Shown here one piece after another: positions 1 to 9,857 of a DNA stretch of 64,000 bases. Position numbers and translations under genes: made by a program. Numbering within the stretch: the stretch's first letter is position 1; every line of letters starts with the position of its first letter. Origin of the DNA: Acidimicrobiia bacterium (GTDB lineage Bacteria > Actinomycetota > Acidimicrobiia > IMCC26256 > JAGNEX01); assembly GCA_020637365.1 (NCBI GenBank), contig JACJWE010000002.1, positions 592,776 to 656,775 on the forward strand. Reading direction: 5' to 3'. Under the pieces are notes generated by a model. The model ran no database searches. It had not been told where the DNA came from and saw only the letters and a program-made list of their open reading frames with translations.

Positions 1-92
1 CCGCCCCCGTGGCAGCAGACCAGACCTACAAGAAGTTGGGCTGGTTACCCACATTGCCGACGTGGCAGCAGCAGATCCTGACGCCGCTGTAA
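1..92 (+). CDS. 3' end of an unidentified CDS entering from the left edge
   Basis: The frame is open from the window edge to TAA at 90-92. About 25 of 29 codons end in G/C, which is coding-like GC3. It is too short to name. Confidence 0.3.
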   Translation, partial: APVAADQTYKKLGWLPTLPTWQQQILTPL

Positions 93-310
93 ACCTCACG
101 TCACTCACGGTCGACCTCCTCTGATCGACTGATTCACGCGCGTCGCAGCGTGACTATTTCGTCCCTTCTCACGACTCCCGTCTCGGGTTCATTCAAGAAA
201 GCGCGTCCATTCGTCGATATTCACGGTGCATCTGGCCCTCCGCCCGAAAAGGAACCGCAACCCCTCATGGGTTCGGAGGGTTCGCAACAAGGCACTTGCT
301 GAATAGTCGT

Positions 311-2128
311 ATGAAAGGCCGGGTCATGGCATCCATTAATCCCATAAGGGCGAAGGGAAGAGTCGTCCAGATAACGGTTTTAGCGCTCTTTTGCTCACTA
401 CTTTCTATCGGGCTCCTGATGACGGGGGTCGCTCGCACCGCACATGCCGCCACGACGAGAACCGCAACCGGTCCGCTGATGCCAGCAGGAGACAAAGTCC
501 TCTTGGGAGTGTCGATCGATCCTTGGGGTCGGATGCTTCCCGGAGAAACATTCGGTGCCACAAGTACCCGGCTACGCATCGAACGAGAACATCAGAATCA
601 GATCGGCCGGGACACGCACATGATCAACGAGTTCTTTCGTTTTGATCTTCCCTGGTCGTCAAAACGAAGTGTCTTTGAGCAACAACTGGCCGAAGACAAG
701 CTGATCATGATCACCTGGAACGGCACATACGCCGACATTTTGCTCGATGAGAACCACCCGGAACACGACACCTACATGGGCTATGTCGACGCCAATATCG
801 CGTTTGCGAAAGAGATGTTCCCCGATACACCGTTCTTCTTGCGCTTCTTCCACGAGATGGACGCCAAGAAGGGCGCAACGTGGGGATACCACGACGACCC
901 AACCAAGTTTCATCAGGTCTGGCGGATGATCCGCCAACGATTCCAAGACGCTGGCGTGACCAACGCCGTCTGGGTATTCGCACCCACAGCCTGGCATTTC
1001 AACGCTGGCACCGGGGTGTCATCACAAGACTTCTACCCGGGCGACGACGTGGTCGACTGGGTCGGTGCGGATGGCTACATGATGTACCCATCACCGTGTG
1101 GTCCGGCGACCTACCGGGACACCGAGGATGAGTTCAACGACATCTACCGTGCGTTCTTCGAATGGGCTGATCCGCTCAATAAGCCCATCATGATCCCCGA
1201 ATGGGGCGGCAACGCTTCGACAGCGGAGCTCATGGCGACCAACGGTGATTCACAACTCAAGTTCATCGAGTCTGCGCCACAAGCACTTGCGGATCATCCC
1301 AACGTCGGCGCCCTGGTCTACTACGACAATCTTCGCGAGGATGAGGGCTGTGACTGGCGGCTCGATCGAGGCGCCAGTGACGATGACGGCGACGGCCAGC
1401 CAGACAGTGTGCTGTTAGACGCTTACCGCGACATGGTTGCCGACCCCATCTTTACCGTCGATCTGGCGAGCCTGCCGGGGATGACAACGACTGGCACCGG
1501 CGGAGGAGAACCCGATCCCGCTCCACCCGCCGACATTCTGTTCGTCACACGCGAAGCGTCCCTCACGCCGGGTGACTATGGCATCCTCGATGTGCTCGCC
1601 GGCGCTGGCTACAACGTAGAGATCGCAAATGATCAGGGCATCTCGGCCCGGCGAGCACAGGACAAAGACATCGTGTTGATCTCCTCTGGGGTGTCGTCAC
1701 GGTACGTCGGCGATACGTTCAACGAGGTGACCATCCCGGTGCTGACCTGGAAGCCATGGCTCTTGGACGACCTGGGGCTCACCGGTACGTCGGCCGGATC
1801 CTACGGTTCGACGCCGGTCCAAACCGTGTCGATCACCGATCCCTCGCACCCCGCAGCGGCCGGTCTCAGCGGCGGCATCACGATGTCGAGCTCTAAACGG
1901 ATCAGCTATGGGGTACCGGTTGCTGGCGCTCAGATCGTCGCCAACGTCGACGGGGTGAACAAGCCGGGTCTGTTCTTTGTACCGCCGGGCGCGGCATTGG
2001 CTGACGGATCGACGGCCGCTGCGTGCCGCGGATCGTTGCCGCTGTTCCACAACACCGGTAACGGGATCACCGCTGAAGGTGCCGCGATCGTTTCAGCCTC
2101 GGTGGCCTATGCGCTCAACGGATGTTGA
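311..2128 (+). CDS. Secreted glycoside hydrolase, GH26-like (beta-mannanase family), with an uncharacterised C-terminal domain
   Basis: Signal peptide VLALFCSLLSIGLLMTGVARTAHA. GH26-type catalytic motifs are LRFFHEMDAKKGATWGY and PIMIPEWGG. The ORF opens at TTG 296; ATG 311 or ATG 326 are the likelier starts. Confidence 0.65.
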   Translation: MKGRVMASINPIRAKGRVVQITVLALFCSLLSIGLLMTGVARTAHAATTRTATGPLMPAGDKVLLGVSIDPWGRMLPGETFGATSTRLRIEREHQNQIGRDTHMINEFFRFDLPWSSKRSVFEQQLAEDKLIMITWNGTYADILLDENHPEHDTYMGYVDANIAFAKEMFPDTPFFLRFFHEMDAKKGATWGYHDDPTKFHQVWRMIRQRFQDAGVTNAVWVFAPTAWHFNAGTGVSSQDFYPGDDVVDWVGADGYMMYPSPCGPATYRDTEDEFNDIYRAFFEWADPLNKPIMIPEWGGNASTAELMATNGDSQLKFIESAPQALADHPNVGALVYYDNLREDEGCDWRLDRGASDDDGDGQPDSVLLDAYRDMVADPIFTVDLASLPGMTTTGTGGGEPDPAPPADILFVTREASLTPGDYGILDVLAGAGYNVEIANDQGISARRAQDKDIVLISSGVSSRYVGDTFNEVTIPVLTWKPWLLDDLGLTGTSAGSYGSTPVQTVSITDPSHPAAAGLSGGITMSSSKRISYGVPVAGAQIVANVDGVNKPGLFFVPPGAALADGSTAAACRGSLPLFHNTGNGITAEGAAIVSASVAYALNGC

Positions 2129-2239
2129 CGGCGACTCATCGGCAACGCTCGTCCTCTGAAGGCGACACCGCCTCAAACCCCCGAGGGACGATCACCCAGC
2201 ATCCTGCCCACCAATAGGGTGATCATTTCTCCATGTTGA

Positions 2240-2284
2240 GCGGGGGGACCAGCCCGGCACTGCCCGTCGGGCTGGTCCCCCCGC
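2240..2284 (+). terminator. Strong GC hairpin downstream of the GH26 gene
   Basis: The 17-bp arms GCGGGGGGACCAGCCCG and CGGGCTGGTCCCCCCGC flank an 11-nt loop. The T-tract is weak (TTGATA). Confidence 0.45.
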
Positions 2285-2300
2285 TTGATACCGTTCAGCG

Positions 2301-3344
2301 ATGCATATCCTCGTCACCGGCTGCACCGGATTTGTTGGTTCGCACACGGTCGCTGCTTTGATCGACGCTGGTCACACCGTCCGTGTGTTGGTCCGGACCC
2401 CAGCAAAGTTGGCGCCCGCACTCGAGCCGTTGGGCATCTCTGTCTCGTCGCTCGACATTGTCGGCGGAACCCTGACCGATCGATCGGCCATCAAAGCCGC
2501 TGTCGAGGGATGCGATGCAACCATCAATGCGGCCGCGCACGTCTCGCTCGAACAACGCGACGAGACCACGATGTGGCGCATCAATGTCGAAGCGACCCGA
2601 GCTCTGCTAGCCGCGGCGATCAGAACTCAACCCGGCCCGATCATCACGATGTCGTCGCTTGGGGCGTATGTCCCGTTTTCGGGGGCGGTTCTGAACGATT
2701 CTTCACCTCCTTCCGAGGGTGTCGGTCCGTACTCGCGTTCAAAGGCAGCTGCACTTCGCGACGTCGTCCGTTTTCAGGAAGGCGGCGCCCCCGTCATCTC
2801 GATTGCTCCGGGAGGAATCTGGGGGCCGAACGATCCCGGTATGGGCGATCTGGCGACCGCGTTGCGAATGCTGTTCCGGTTCGGTGGCGACGTGGTGCCC
2901 AGGGGTACGACGTACTTCATCGATGTCCGAGACCTGGCGGTGTGCCTGGCCACCTTGGTCGAAAAAGAACCAACCGCGCACCGTTACGTCCTCGCTGGTC
3001 ACGAAGAAACGATCGGTCAGTTCGTCTCACGTGCTGCACGCGTTTCGGGGCGAAAACTGTGGAGCCGTACCGTCCCTGGTCGACTCACGAGCGGCCTTGG
3101 TCGGGGCTATGACTGGGCACGGGAACACTTCGCTTTTGTGCCGCAGGTACCTATGAGCGCCGAATCATTCCGATTGCTGGCAGCAACGCCCAAGGTTGAT
3201 GACCGCGCCGTGTGGACTGCCACCGGAATCGCTCCACGCCCCATGGACGAAACCATGGCCGACACCATCGCGTGGCTGCTTCGCGACGGCATCATCGACG
3301 CCAAACACGTGAATCCCAGCGTTTTTGCCGTGCCGATGCGGTGA
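2301..3344 (+). CDS. NAD-dependent epimerase/dehydratase family (extended SDR) oxidoreductase
   Basis: The N-terminal Rossmann motif is MHILVTGCTGFVGSH. The 347 aa length is typical of the family. Confidence 0.75.
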   Translation: MHILVTGCTGFVGSHTVAALIDAGHTVRVLVRTPAKLAPALEPLGISVSSLDIVGGTLTDRSAIKAAVEGCDATINAAAHVSLEQRDETTMWRINVEATRALLAAAIRTQPGPIITMSSLGAYVPFSGAVLNDSSPPSEGVGPYSRSKAAALRDVVRFQEGGAPVISIAPGGIWGPNDPGMGDLATALRMLFRFGGDVVPRGTTYFIDVRDLAVCLATLVEKEPTAHRYVLAGHEETIGQFVSRAARVSGRKLWSRTVPGRLTSGLGRGYDWAREHFAFVPQVPMSAESFRLLAATPKVDDRAVWTATGIAPRPMDETMADTIAWLLRDGIIDAKHVNPSVFAVPMR

Positions 3345-3413
3345 TCCCGCTCTGATCTCCCACTGGCCGAGCTATCGACTTTTTGGTGAGCATCGGCCGA
3401 GCCAGCCGGGAGA

Positions 3414-3719
3414 CTAGGTCAGCAGCGTCGCTAGGCCCCAGACCATGACAAAGAGCCCGATCGTCATATAGAGCACAGTGCGCATGATGGGTGCACGCTC
3501 GTAATCAGGCTGGGTTTTGCGGGACTTCTGCGAAGGGGTTGGCCGACCCTTTGGCGCCGCGGCCTGGCGAGGGTTGCGTTGGCCGGGAACCACGACGCGG
3601 GCAGGCTCATCTTTGCGTTGGCGAAACAGCGCCATGAGATTTCCGAGGAAGAGTGCAGCGCCGACGGCGACGACAAGCTCAACCATGACCTCTTCATAAA
3701 ACGCTTCACCAAAAAACAC
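3414..3719 (-). CDS. Small two-TM membrane protein, function unknown
   Basis: Hydrophobic N- and C-terminal segments flank a basic linker. It is co-oriented with dnaB and lies directly downstream of it. Confidence 0.45.
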   Translation of the reverse strand: MFFGEAFYEEVMVELVVAVGAALFLGNLMALFRQRKDEPARVVVPGQRNPRQAAAPKGRPTPSQKSRKTQPDYERAPIMRTVLYMTIGLFVMVWGLATLLT

Positions 3720-3826
3720 GGTAAGACCCTACCTCAGGGCTCACCGACGCAGGCCATCAGTTCGTCGCCTGATTTTGAGACCTGCGAAGAAATGTCAGAC
3801 ACACTCGGGCACCGTGGGTTTTGAAA

Positions 3827-5194
3827 CTAGGTCTGGCCGGTGTAGTTCTCGAACATGGTGCACTCGCCGCGGAACAAGAGGTTCGCCTTACCCGTGGGAC
3901 CATGACGGTTTTTGGCAATGATGATCTCGGCGAGATTCTTCGCGTCGCTCTCTTCGTTGTACGCGTCATCGCGATAGATGAACAGAACGGCGTCTGCGTC
4001 TTGTTCGATGGCTCCTGATTCACGGAGGTCGGCAAGCATGGGGCGCTTGTCTTGGCGATACTCGAGTGAGCGATTGAGCTGGCTCAGGGCCAACACGGGA
4101 CAGTCGAGTTCACGGGCGAGCACCTTGAGTCCACGCGACAGCTCGGCGACCTCAACCTGACGATTCTCACGGGCGCGTGGCGAACTCATCAGCTGCAGGT
4201 AGTCGACAACGATCAGGCCGAGACCACCATCACGACTAGCCAACCGGCGAGCCTTGGTGGTCATGTCGAGCACCGTAGAACGGGGGTTATCGTCCAAGAA
4301 GATGGGCGCTTCCGCCAGGCGTCCAGCAGCCTGTTGAATCGCTGGCCATTCATTGCCCGTGAACTGAGCATTACGGAACTTGGAGCTATTGACACGCGCT
4401 TCAGCGGAGAGCATGCGACTCGCTAGCTCGTTGCGCCCCATCTCCATTGAGAAAAACAGCACCGGAAGCTTTTGTTCGATGGCAACGTTGGCTGCGATTC
4501 CGAGCGCCAACGAGGTCTTGCCTTGTCCGGGCCGTGCCGCCAAAACGAGTAGAGCCTGACGTCGCAAACCATGAAGCGCATCGTCGAGGTCGTAAAAGCC
4601 CGTTTGGGGGTGTGACTCACTCGTCGCTTCGCCACTCGACAGATAGGTCAGATGGTCGAGCGTCTCATCCAGTAGTGGGCTGAGGGGCATGAGCGTGTCG
4701 ACGAGACGTCGCTGCGCCACTTGAAACATCAACCCCTCGGCCTGATCGAGAGTCCCCTCGACGTCAGCGGCACCTTCGTAACCGAGGGTATTGATCTCGT
4801 TTGAAACCGCAATCAAGCGCCTCAGTGCGGCGAGGTCATCGACGATCTCGGCATAGTGAGCAGCGTTGGTGGAGGCAGGGGTGACCGCCTGGAGCCGTAG
4901 CAGGTTCTGTTTGCCGCCAGCTGTATCGAGCGCTCCATTGCGGCGGAGTTCTTCGGCCACGGTCGTCACGTCGGGCATATCGCCGCCGTGGACCATGTAC
5001 AGCGTGCTAATCGCGTCGAAGATCTGACCATGGGCAGGTCGATAGAAGTCGCTCGCTTTGAGACGTTGCGTCGCCGTCGCGATCGCGTCGCGGTTGAGCA
5101 ACATGGCTCCAAGGAGCGCTTCTTCGGCGTCGAGGTTGTGTGGGGGAATGCGTCCGCTCAGAGCCGAGCGTTGTCCAACGTCGAGAACCGTCAT
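3827..5194 (-). CDS. dnaB: Replicative DNA helicase DnaB
   Basis: N-terminal IPPHNLDAEEALLGAMLL, Walker A ARPGQGKTSLAL, and the RecA-like C-terminal region VVDYLQLM. Confidence 0.95.
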   Translation of the reverse strand: MTVLDVGQRSALSGRIPPHNLDAEEALLGAMLLNRDAIATATQRLKASDFYRPAHGQIFDAISTLYMVHGGDMPDVTTVAEELRRNGALDTAGGKQNLLRLQAVTPASTNAAHYAEIVDDLAALRRLIAVSNEINTLGYEGAADVEGTLDQAEGLMFQVAQRRLVDTLMPLSPLLDETLDHLTYLSSGEATSESHPQTGFYDLDDALHGLRRQALLVLAARPGQGKTSLALGIAANVAIEQKLPVLFFSMEMGRNELASRMLSAEARVNSSKFRNAQFTGNEWPAIQQAAGRLAEAPIFLDDNPRSTVLDMTTKARRLASRDGGLGLIVVDYLQLMSSPRARENRQVEVAELSRGLKVLARELDCPVLALSQLNRSLEYRQDKRPMLADLRESGAIEQDADAVLFIYRDDAYNEESDAKNLAEIIIAKNRHGPTGKANLLFRGECTMFENYTGQT

Positions 5195-5349
5195 GAGATG
5201 GGGTCGTGCCTCCGCTTGTCGTACTGATGCTTGTCGGTCAAACCGCTATCGAGTGCCTCGGGGTCAAGCACAGTGGCGCCGAACGCGGCGCCAGCGTTAT
5301 TTGTAATGACGCGGCTCGGTCCGGTGAGCTCAGAATGCAAGCTTTTGGC

Positions 5350-5832
5350 TGTGGACATCTAGTACCTCTTGTTGTGGAAAACGACGCAAAATCTGTGGAG
5401 AACTCATTCGAGCCTGTGAACGAGCAATAGCGTCCAACGACCTAACTCCGAGTTAGGAAAGGGGATTCTGGCGTATCCCCTGTGGATAACCGGGCTCAGA
5501 TCTGGGGATAACCCCCTTGGATATCCACAGTTTCCCTGAGGGGTGTGACAGTCGCATTGAGTAGTGGCTCGCGCGCGATACGCGACTTCGTCGCGCTAAT
5601 AGTGCATCACTACTCTCTCACGGTGAAATGTCTTGTCCTCCAACGCACATCGGATTCGATATCTGCCGCTATTTCTCAAATTTCAATCACAACATCAAGA
5701 ATCGAAACGCCGAACCCAACCGCCACTACCCACATGCTTCACACTGCTCACAAACACCGCCTTCGTTCACCATATGTGCACCAAAAAGCCCCGGGGGACG
5801 ACCCCGGGGCTTGTGGATAACTATGTGGATAC
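5350..5832. promoter_or_regulatory. DnaA-box array in the 703-bp dnaB-rplI intergenic region
   Basis: Boxes in one orientation: TGTGGACAT 5350-5358, TGTGGAAAA 5373-5381, TGTGGAGAA 5394-5402, TGTGGATAA 5481-5489, TGGGGATAA 5503-5511, TGTGGATAA 5812-5820 and TGTGGATAC 5824-5832. One box is in the opposite orientation, ATATCCACA 5521-5529. The consensus is TTATCCACA, read as TGTGGATAA on the other strand. Confidence 0.6.
5783..5810 (-). terminator. Rho-independent terminator of the rpsF-ssb-rpsR-rplI operon
   Basis: On the minus strand the stem GCCCCGGGG, loop TCGTC and stem CCCCGGGGC are followed by TTTTT, 88 nt after the rplI stop. Confidence 0.8.
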
Positions 5833-5897
5833 CGCTTGCACATCTCGAGCCGCCTGAGCTACCCGAGGCGGGCCAAGGCCAGCTGTGCGTGAAGCCT

Positions 5898-6356
5898 CTA
5901 GGCGGCTTCGTCCTCGGCAGCGACGGTGACAACAAGGAAGCCTCGAACGTCAGCGAAGAGCTTGACAGAAATCTCGTATGAGCCGACTTCTTTGATCGGC
6001 TCGTCGAGTTGCAGCAGCTTGCGGTCGAGCGTCACACCCGTCCTCTTGCGGTACTCGTCAACCAGATCACTCGCCGTCACGGAACCGAACAAGCGACCGG
6101 TATCACCTGCCCGAACCTTCATCTCGATCGGAGTCCGCGCCAGCTGAGCTGCCATCGACTCGGCTTCGGATCGGGCTTGTGCCTCACGGATGTCCCGCTG
6201 GCGGCGCATCACCGATGCCTGCTTGATCGCGCCATCCGAGGCGAGGATCGCTTTACCCTTCGGAACGAGAAAGTTGCGAGCGTAACCATCGGCCACTTCT
6301 ACAACGTCGCCCCGACGTCCGAGCTTGTCGAGATCTTCACGCAAGATGACTTTCAT
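5898..6356 (-). CDS. rplI: 50S ribosomal protein L9
   Basis: [34 protein letters not shown] is the canonical L9 N-terminus. Its start overlaps the rpsR stop in an ATGA junction. Confidence 0.95.
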   Translation of the reverse strand: MKVILREDLDKLGRRGDVVEVADGYARNFLVPKGKAILASDGAIKQASVMRRQRDIREAQARSEAESMAAQLARTPIEMKVRAGDTGRLFGSVTASDLVDEYRKRTGVTLDRKLLQLDEPIKEVGSYEISVKLFADVRGFLVVTVAAEDEAA

Positions 6357-6778
6357 TCGTCGCTCCCGTCGGTCTCGACCTCAACGTCAACTTCGACCAC
6401 TTCAGCGGTCGCGGCGTCATCGTTGCCGTCAGCATCATCGTCGTTGTCATCGCGATCGCGCTGATCGTCGCGACGGCCACCGCGACGGTCTGAACGGCGA
6501 CCCTTCGAGCTCCGTACCGTGACAGGACGGTTCAAGTAGGGAACCAAACCCAACTCACGGGCAAGCTTGATCGCCTGGGCGATCGCCCGCTGCTGTTGAG
6601 CGGTCAGGCCGGTAACCCGACGGGCGCGGATCTTGCCGCGATCAGAAACAAACTTTCGGAGCAGGTTGACGTCTTTGTAGTCGACCCACTCCAACTTGGC
6701 GTCACCAAAAGGAGAGGCCTTCTTCTTCTTTGGTACCCGCTTTGCGGCAGCGGACTTACGAGTACTGCTGCGACCCAT
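6353..6778 (-). CDS. rpsR: 30S ribosomal protein S18 with a roughly 50-aa charged C-terminal extension
   Basis: The S18 core is [50 protein letters not shown]. It is followed by the tail [28 protein letters not shown]...ETDGSDE. Confidence 0.9.
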   Translation of the reverse strand: MGRSSTRKSAAAKRVPKKKKASPFGDAKLEWVDYKDVNLLRKFVSDRGKIRARRVTGLTAQQQRAIAQAIKLARELGLVPYLNRPVTVRSSKGRRSDRRGGRRDDQRDRDDNDDDADGNDDAATAEVVEVDVEVETDGSDE

Positions 6779-6829
6779 GGTGGGTGCTCCTTGCTTTCTA
6801 AAAGAGCTGAACTTCCTAAAACGTGCTGA

Positions 6830-7291
6830 CTAGAACGGTTCCTCGGGATCGTCATACCCATAATCGGGCATCGCAGAACCCATCTGAGAGTCCCCGCCTT
6901 GAGAACCACCGCCATAGTCACCACCACCGACACGTTCGGCCTTGGTGATCTGGGCCGTGGCCCACCTGAGGGATGGTCCGATCTCATCGCACTGAATCTC
7001 GACAACCGATCGGCGTTCGCCTTGCGGTGTCTCCCACGAGCGCTGAACCAAGCGACCCGTCACGATCACTCGCGCGCCTCGTCGTAACGATTCGGCGATG
7101 TGCTCGGCCATATCCCGCCAAGCAATCACATTGAAAAAGCTCGTTTCCTCTTTGAACTCATTGGAGCCGCGGTCCCGCCAGCGGCGATTTACCGCGACGG
7201 AAAACGATGCTCGTGCAAGACCAGAGGTTGTGAATCTGAGCTCAGGATCGCGGGTGATGTTGCCCACGATGGTGACGGTGTTGTCGGCCAT
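6830..7291 (-). CDS. ssb: Single-stranded DNA-binding protein
   Basis: OB-fold N-terminus MADNTVTIVGNITRDPELRFT, a Gly-rich linker, and the acidic tip DDPEEPF. Confidence 0.95.
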   Translation of the reverse strand: MADNTVTIVGNITRDPELRFTTSGLARASFSVAVNRRWRDRGSNEFKEETSFFNVIAWRDMAEHIAESLRRGARVIVTGRLVQRSWETPQGERRSVVEIQCDEIGPSLRWATAQITKAERVGGGDYGGGSQGGDSQMGSAMPDYGYDDPEEPF

Positions 7292-7306
7292 GATGTGGCC
7301 TCCTTG

Positions 7307-7636
7307 CTACTCGTCGTTTGACTCAACGGGTCGGGTGATCCCCCACATGTCGTCGGGAATCCGAACCACACGGTGACGGATGACGTCGTCACGCAAGGAG
7401 AGCGTACGGCTGAGCTCCTTCACAGGCGCTGGCTCTGATCGGGTCTGGAGCACCACGTAGTAGCCCTCATTACGGTCGTTCATTTCGTAGGCGAAACGAC
7501 GCAGACCCCAGTGATCGGTCTTGCCGAGCTCGGCACCAGCCTCAGAAAGACTGGCGGTTTGCTGGTCCAACAGCTTACGGATCTCGGAATGTTCCGTACC
7601 CGCGTCGAAGATGATGACCAGTTCATATGTGCGCAT
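7307..7636 (-). CDS. rpsF: 30S ribosomal protein S6
   Basis: MRTYELVIIFD is the canonical S6 start. ATG 7636 has a GGAG RBS 8 nt upstream. The upstream extension of the ORF to 7717 is probably not translated. Confidence 0.9.
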   Translation of the reverse strand: MRTYELVIIFDAGTEHSEIRKLLDQQTASLSEAGAELGKTDHWGLRRFAYEMNDRNEGYYVVLQTRSEPAPVKELSRTLSLRDDVIRHRVVRIPDDMWGITRPVESNDE

Positions 7637-7866
7637 CAAAACTCCTTCGGACCGTGCCGTAACACGGGCTCCCCCGCCGGGGAGCAGGACGTCGGCGTAT
7701 GCCGTGGGGACCGCCACACGACGGCCCGGCTGAGAGACGCTAGACGCGATCTACCCGACGAATCCAGCCCAACCAGACAAAGACCCGCGATCGGCAGTGA
7801 AGCAGCGCTCAGCGCCCTTTGGGTGTCTCATGACCTGGCCGGGCACGAAGGCCGGAGGAGACGGGC

Positions 7867-8565
7867 CTACTGGCTCACCACGACCGTGTCGATCGGGTCG
7901 CCGCCACATGCGGCGATATCACCGTCGGAGAGCTGACCCGCTGCGGCTTCAATCGCATACTGAAACCGTGTATCCGATCGATAGATCGGGCACTGCTCGG
8001 TGGTGTCGTCACACGGTTCCATCTCAAGTCGATCGACCAGCGTTCCATCGGCAGCGTAGAAACCAATGTCGAGGGCATCGGTAACCCCAGCCATGGTGAA
8101 GCCAACTTCGCGCTCTTCGTCAAAGGCGAAGATCATGCCGTCGATGTATTCAAGGGACTCCTCATTACCGCGCAACCCTTCGCGGCGTTGACTTGCGCTC
8201 AGAGCAGCGAGCAGCTTTTCGCAGTCTTCACCGATGCTGATCTGCACGACGTCGAAGCGTTCAAAGGTCGATTGCACCGACTCCGGTACATCCTCGTTGA
8301 GATCGATGATCGTCGCTTGCGGCGAAGCCGCAGGATTGCCTGCTCCCTCCGAAGTTGTGGAGGTTTCGTCGACGGGTTGATCGACTGCGGTCGTCGTCGA
8401 GGACGCCGCCAGATAGGGGCGGTCCGCCCCGTTGGCTGAGTACAGCCACCACAGCACCGCGACCAACAGGAGAACGAGGAGAATCGGAATGGCGATTCGA
8501 GCGATCTGTGACGCCACGGACCTGCCGCTGACGTTGCCTACTTCGTTCCATCCGCCACCGCGCAT
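7867..8565 (-). CDS. Membrane-anchored DUF192 (COG1430)-like protein
   Basis: An N-terminal TM segment is followed by a C-terminal region (GLRG...GMIFAF...FTMAGVTDALDIGFYAADGTLVD) that matches the DUF192 pattern as I recall it. Confidence 0.55.
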   Translation of the reverse strand: MRGGGWNEVGNVSGRSVASQIARIAIPILLVLLLVAVLWWLYSANGADRPYLAASSTTTAVDQPVDETSTTSEGAGNPAASPQATIIDLNEDVPESVQSTFERFDVVQISIGEDCEKLLAALSASQRREGLRGNEESLEYIDGMIFAFDEEREVGFTMAGVTDALDIGFYAADGTLVDRLEMEPCDDTTEQCPIYRSDTRFQYAIEAAAGQLSDGDIAACGGDPIDTVVVSQ

Positions 8566-8776
8566 ACCTTCAATGGTATGCGCTGATCGCCCCCGGAACT
8601 CAGCCCTTTGCGCTCGGCGCCCTCACGGTCGGCCCCGCTTGGCTGGCGTTCGGCCGATGGCCTCGCCCGCTCCACCTGCCCGAACACCTCTTCGTGCAAC
8701 CCCGACCCATCACCGAGTGGCAGCCGCGGATTTGGGCAAACTCCACGGGCCCACCCCGCACTGAACCGTCCAAACC

Positions 8777-9691
8777 TCAAGGGCAGTAGCTCAGCCGCGG
8801 GTTCGACTCCTGGTAGAGGCCGAGTACTTCGGCGGTGTCTGAGTTCATGGGATAGCACTCCTCGGCCGACGGATATGAGCGGCCACGAACGTCGGTCACG
8901 AAGTTTCCAACCGCCTCTGTAGCCGTCTGTCCCAACTGGGCGTATCGCCGGACGAAACGCGGTTTGAACTGGTCGTGAATGCCAACAAGGTCGTGGAACA
9001 CCAACACTTGGCCATCTGTCTGGGCACCCGCACCAATGCCGATGGTCGGAATGTGAATAGCCTCGCTGACCAGACCGGCAACGCCATCGGGCACACATTC
9101 GAGCACTATCGCAAAACACCCCGCGTCGGCGAGTGCGATGGCGTCTTCGACCAGCATCTTGACCATCAGCGCCTCTTTGGCCTGGACCTTGTGACCACCG
9201 AGTGCCTTGATCGACTGCGGGGTCAGACCGAGGTGGCCCATCACCGGAATCTCGGCCGCCAGGATCGCCTCGACGACGGGTAGACGCTTGGCACCACCCT
9301 CGAGTTTGATCGCGTCGGCACCGGCGCGGATCAGTTCCGCTGCGTTTCTCACCGCATCATCGGCCGAGGTGTGGTAGCTCATCCACGGCATATCCCCCAC
9401 GATCAGGCTCTTTGGGCGGGCCCGAGCGACGGCAGCTGTGTGATGCGCCATGTCCTGGATCGTCACCTGCAGCGTGTCGTCATAGCCGAGTACGACCATC
9501 GCGACACTGTCGCCGACCAGGATCATGTCCACGTCGGCGTCGGAGAGAATGCGTGCGGTTGGAGCGTCGTAGGCCGTCACCATCGTCAGCGGTTCGTCGG
9601 ATCCTTTTTGATCGACGACCCATGGAACGGTTCGTTTGCTAGGGCGCTCGTTTGAGCGCGCGGTCGACTGGGAACGAGAGACAGTGCTCAT
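8777..9691 (-). CDS. panB: 3-methyl-2-oxobutanoate hydroxymethyltransferase
   Basis: TMVTAYDAPTARILSDADVDMILVGDSVAMVVLGYDDT and KLEGG motifs. ATG 9691 is the preferred start; the ORF is open to 9745. Confidence 0.9.
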   Translation of the reverse strand: MSTVSRSQSTARSNERPSKRTVPWVVDQKGSDEPLTMVTAYDAPTARILSDADVDMILVGDSVAMVVLGYDDTLQVTIQDMAHHTAAVARARPKSLIVGDMPWMSYHTSADDAVRNAAELIRAGADAIKLEGGAKRLPVVEAILAAEIPVMGHLGLTPQSIKALGGHKVQAKEALMVKMLVEDAIALADAGCFAIVLECVPDGVAGLVSEAIHIPTIGIGAGAQTDGQVLVFHDLVGIHDQFKPRFVRRYAQLGQTATEAVGNFVTDVRGRSYPSAEECYPMNSDTAEVLGLYQESNPRLSYCP

Positions 9692-9857
9692 CAGAATCAA
9701 CCTCCGCCGTCCAGGGCTCAACACGGCTCCCGGCAGCACAACCACCCTACCCGATGCCCATTTTCACATCCGGGTCGTTCGCAACAATCCTGGTAAAGGA
9801 GGCACACCTCGCCAGATCGACAACACCGCGCGGGCCCTCACCAGGACGAGAGGTGAG

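Noticed and set aside
8783-8815. tRNA-like strings GGGCAGTAGCTCAGC and GGGTTCGACTCC at the 3' end of panB
   Set aside because: No complete cloverleaf can be drawn because the anticodon arm is missing and the T stem does not pair. This is probably coincidence, or at most a short tRNA remnant.
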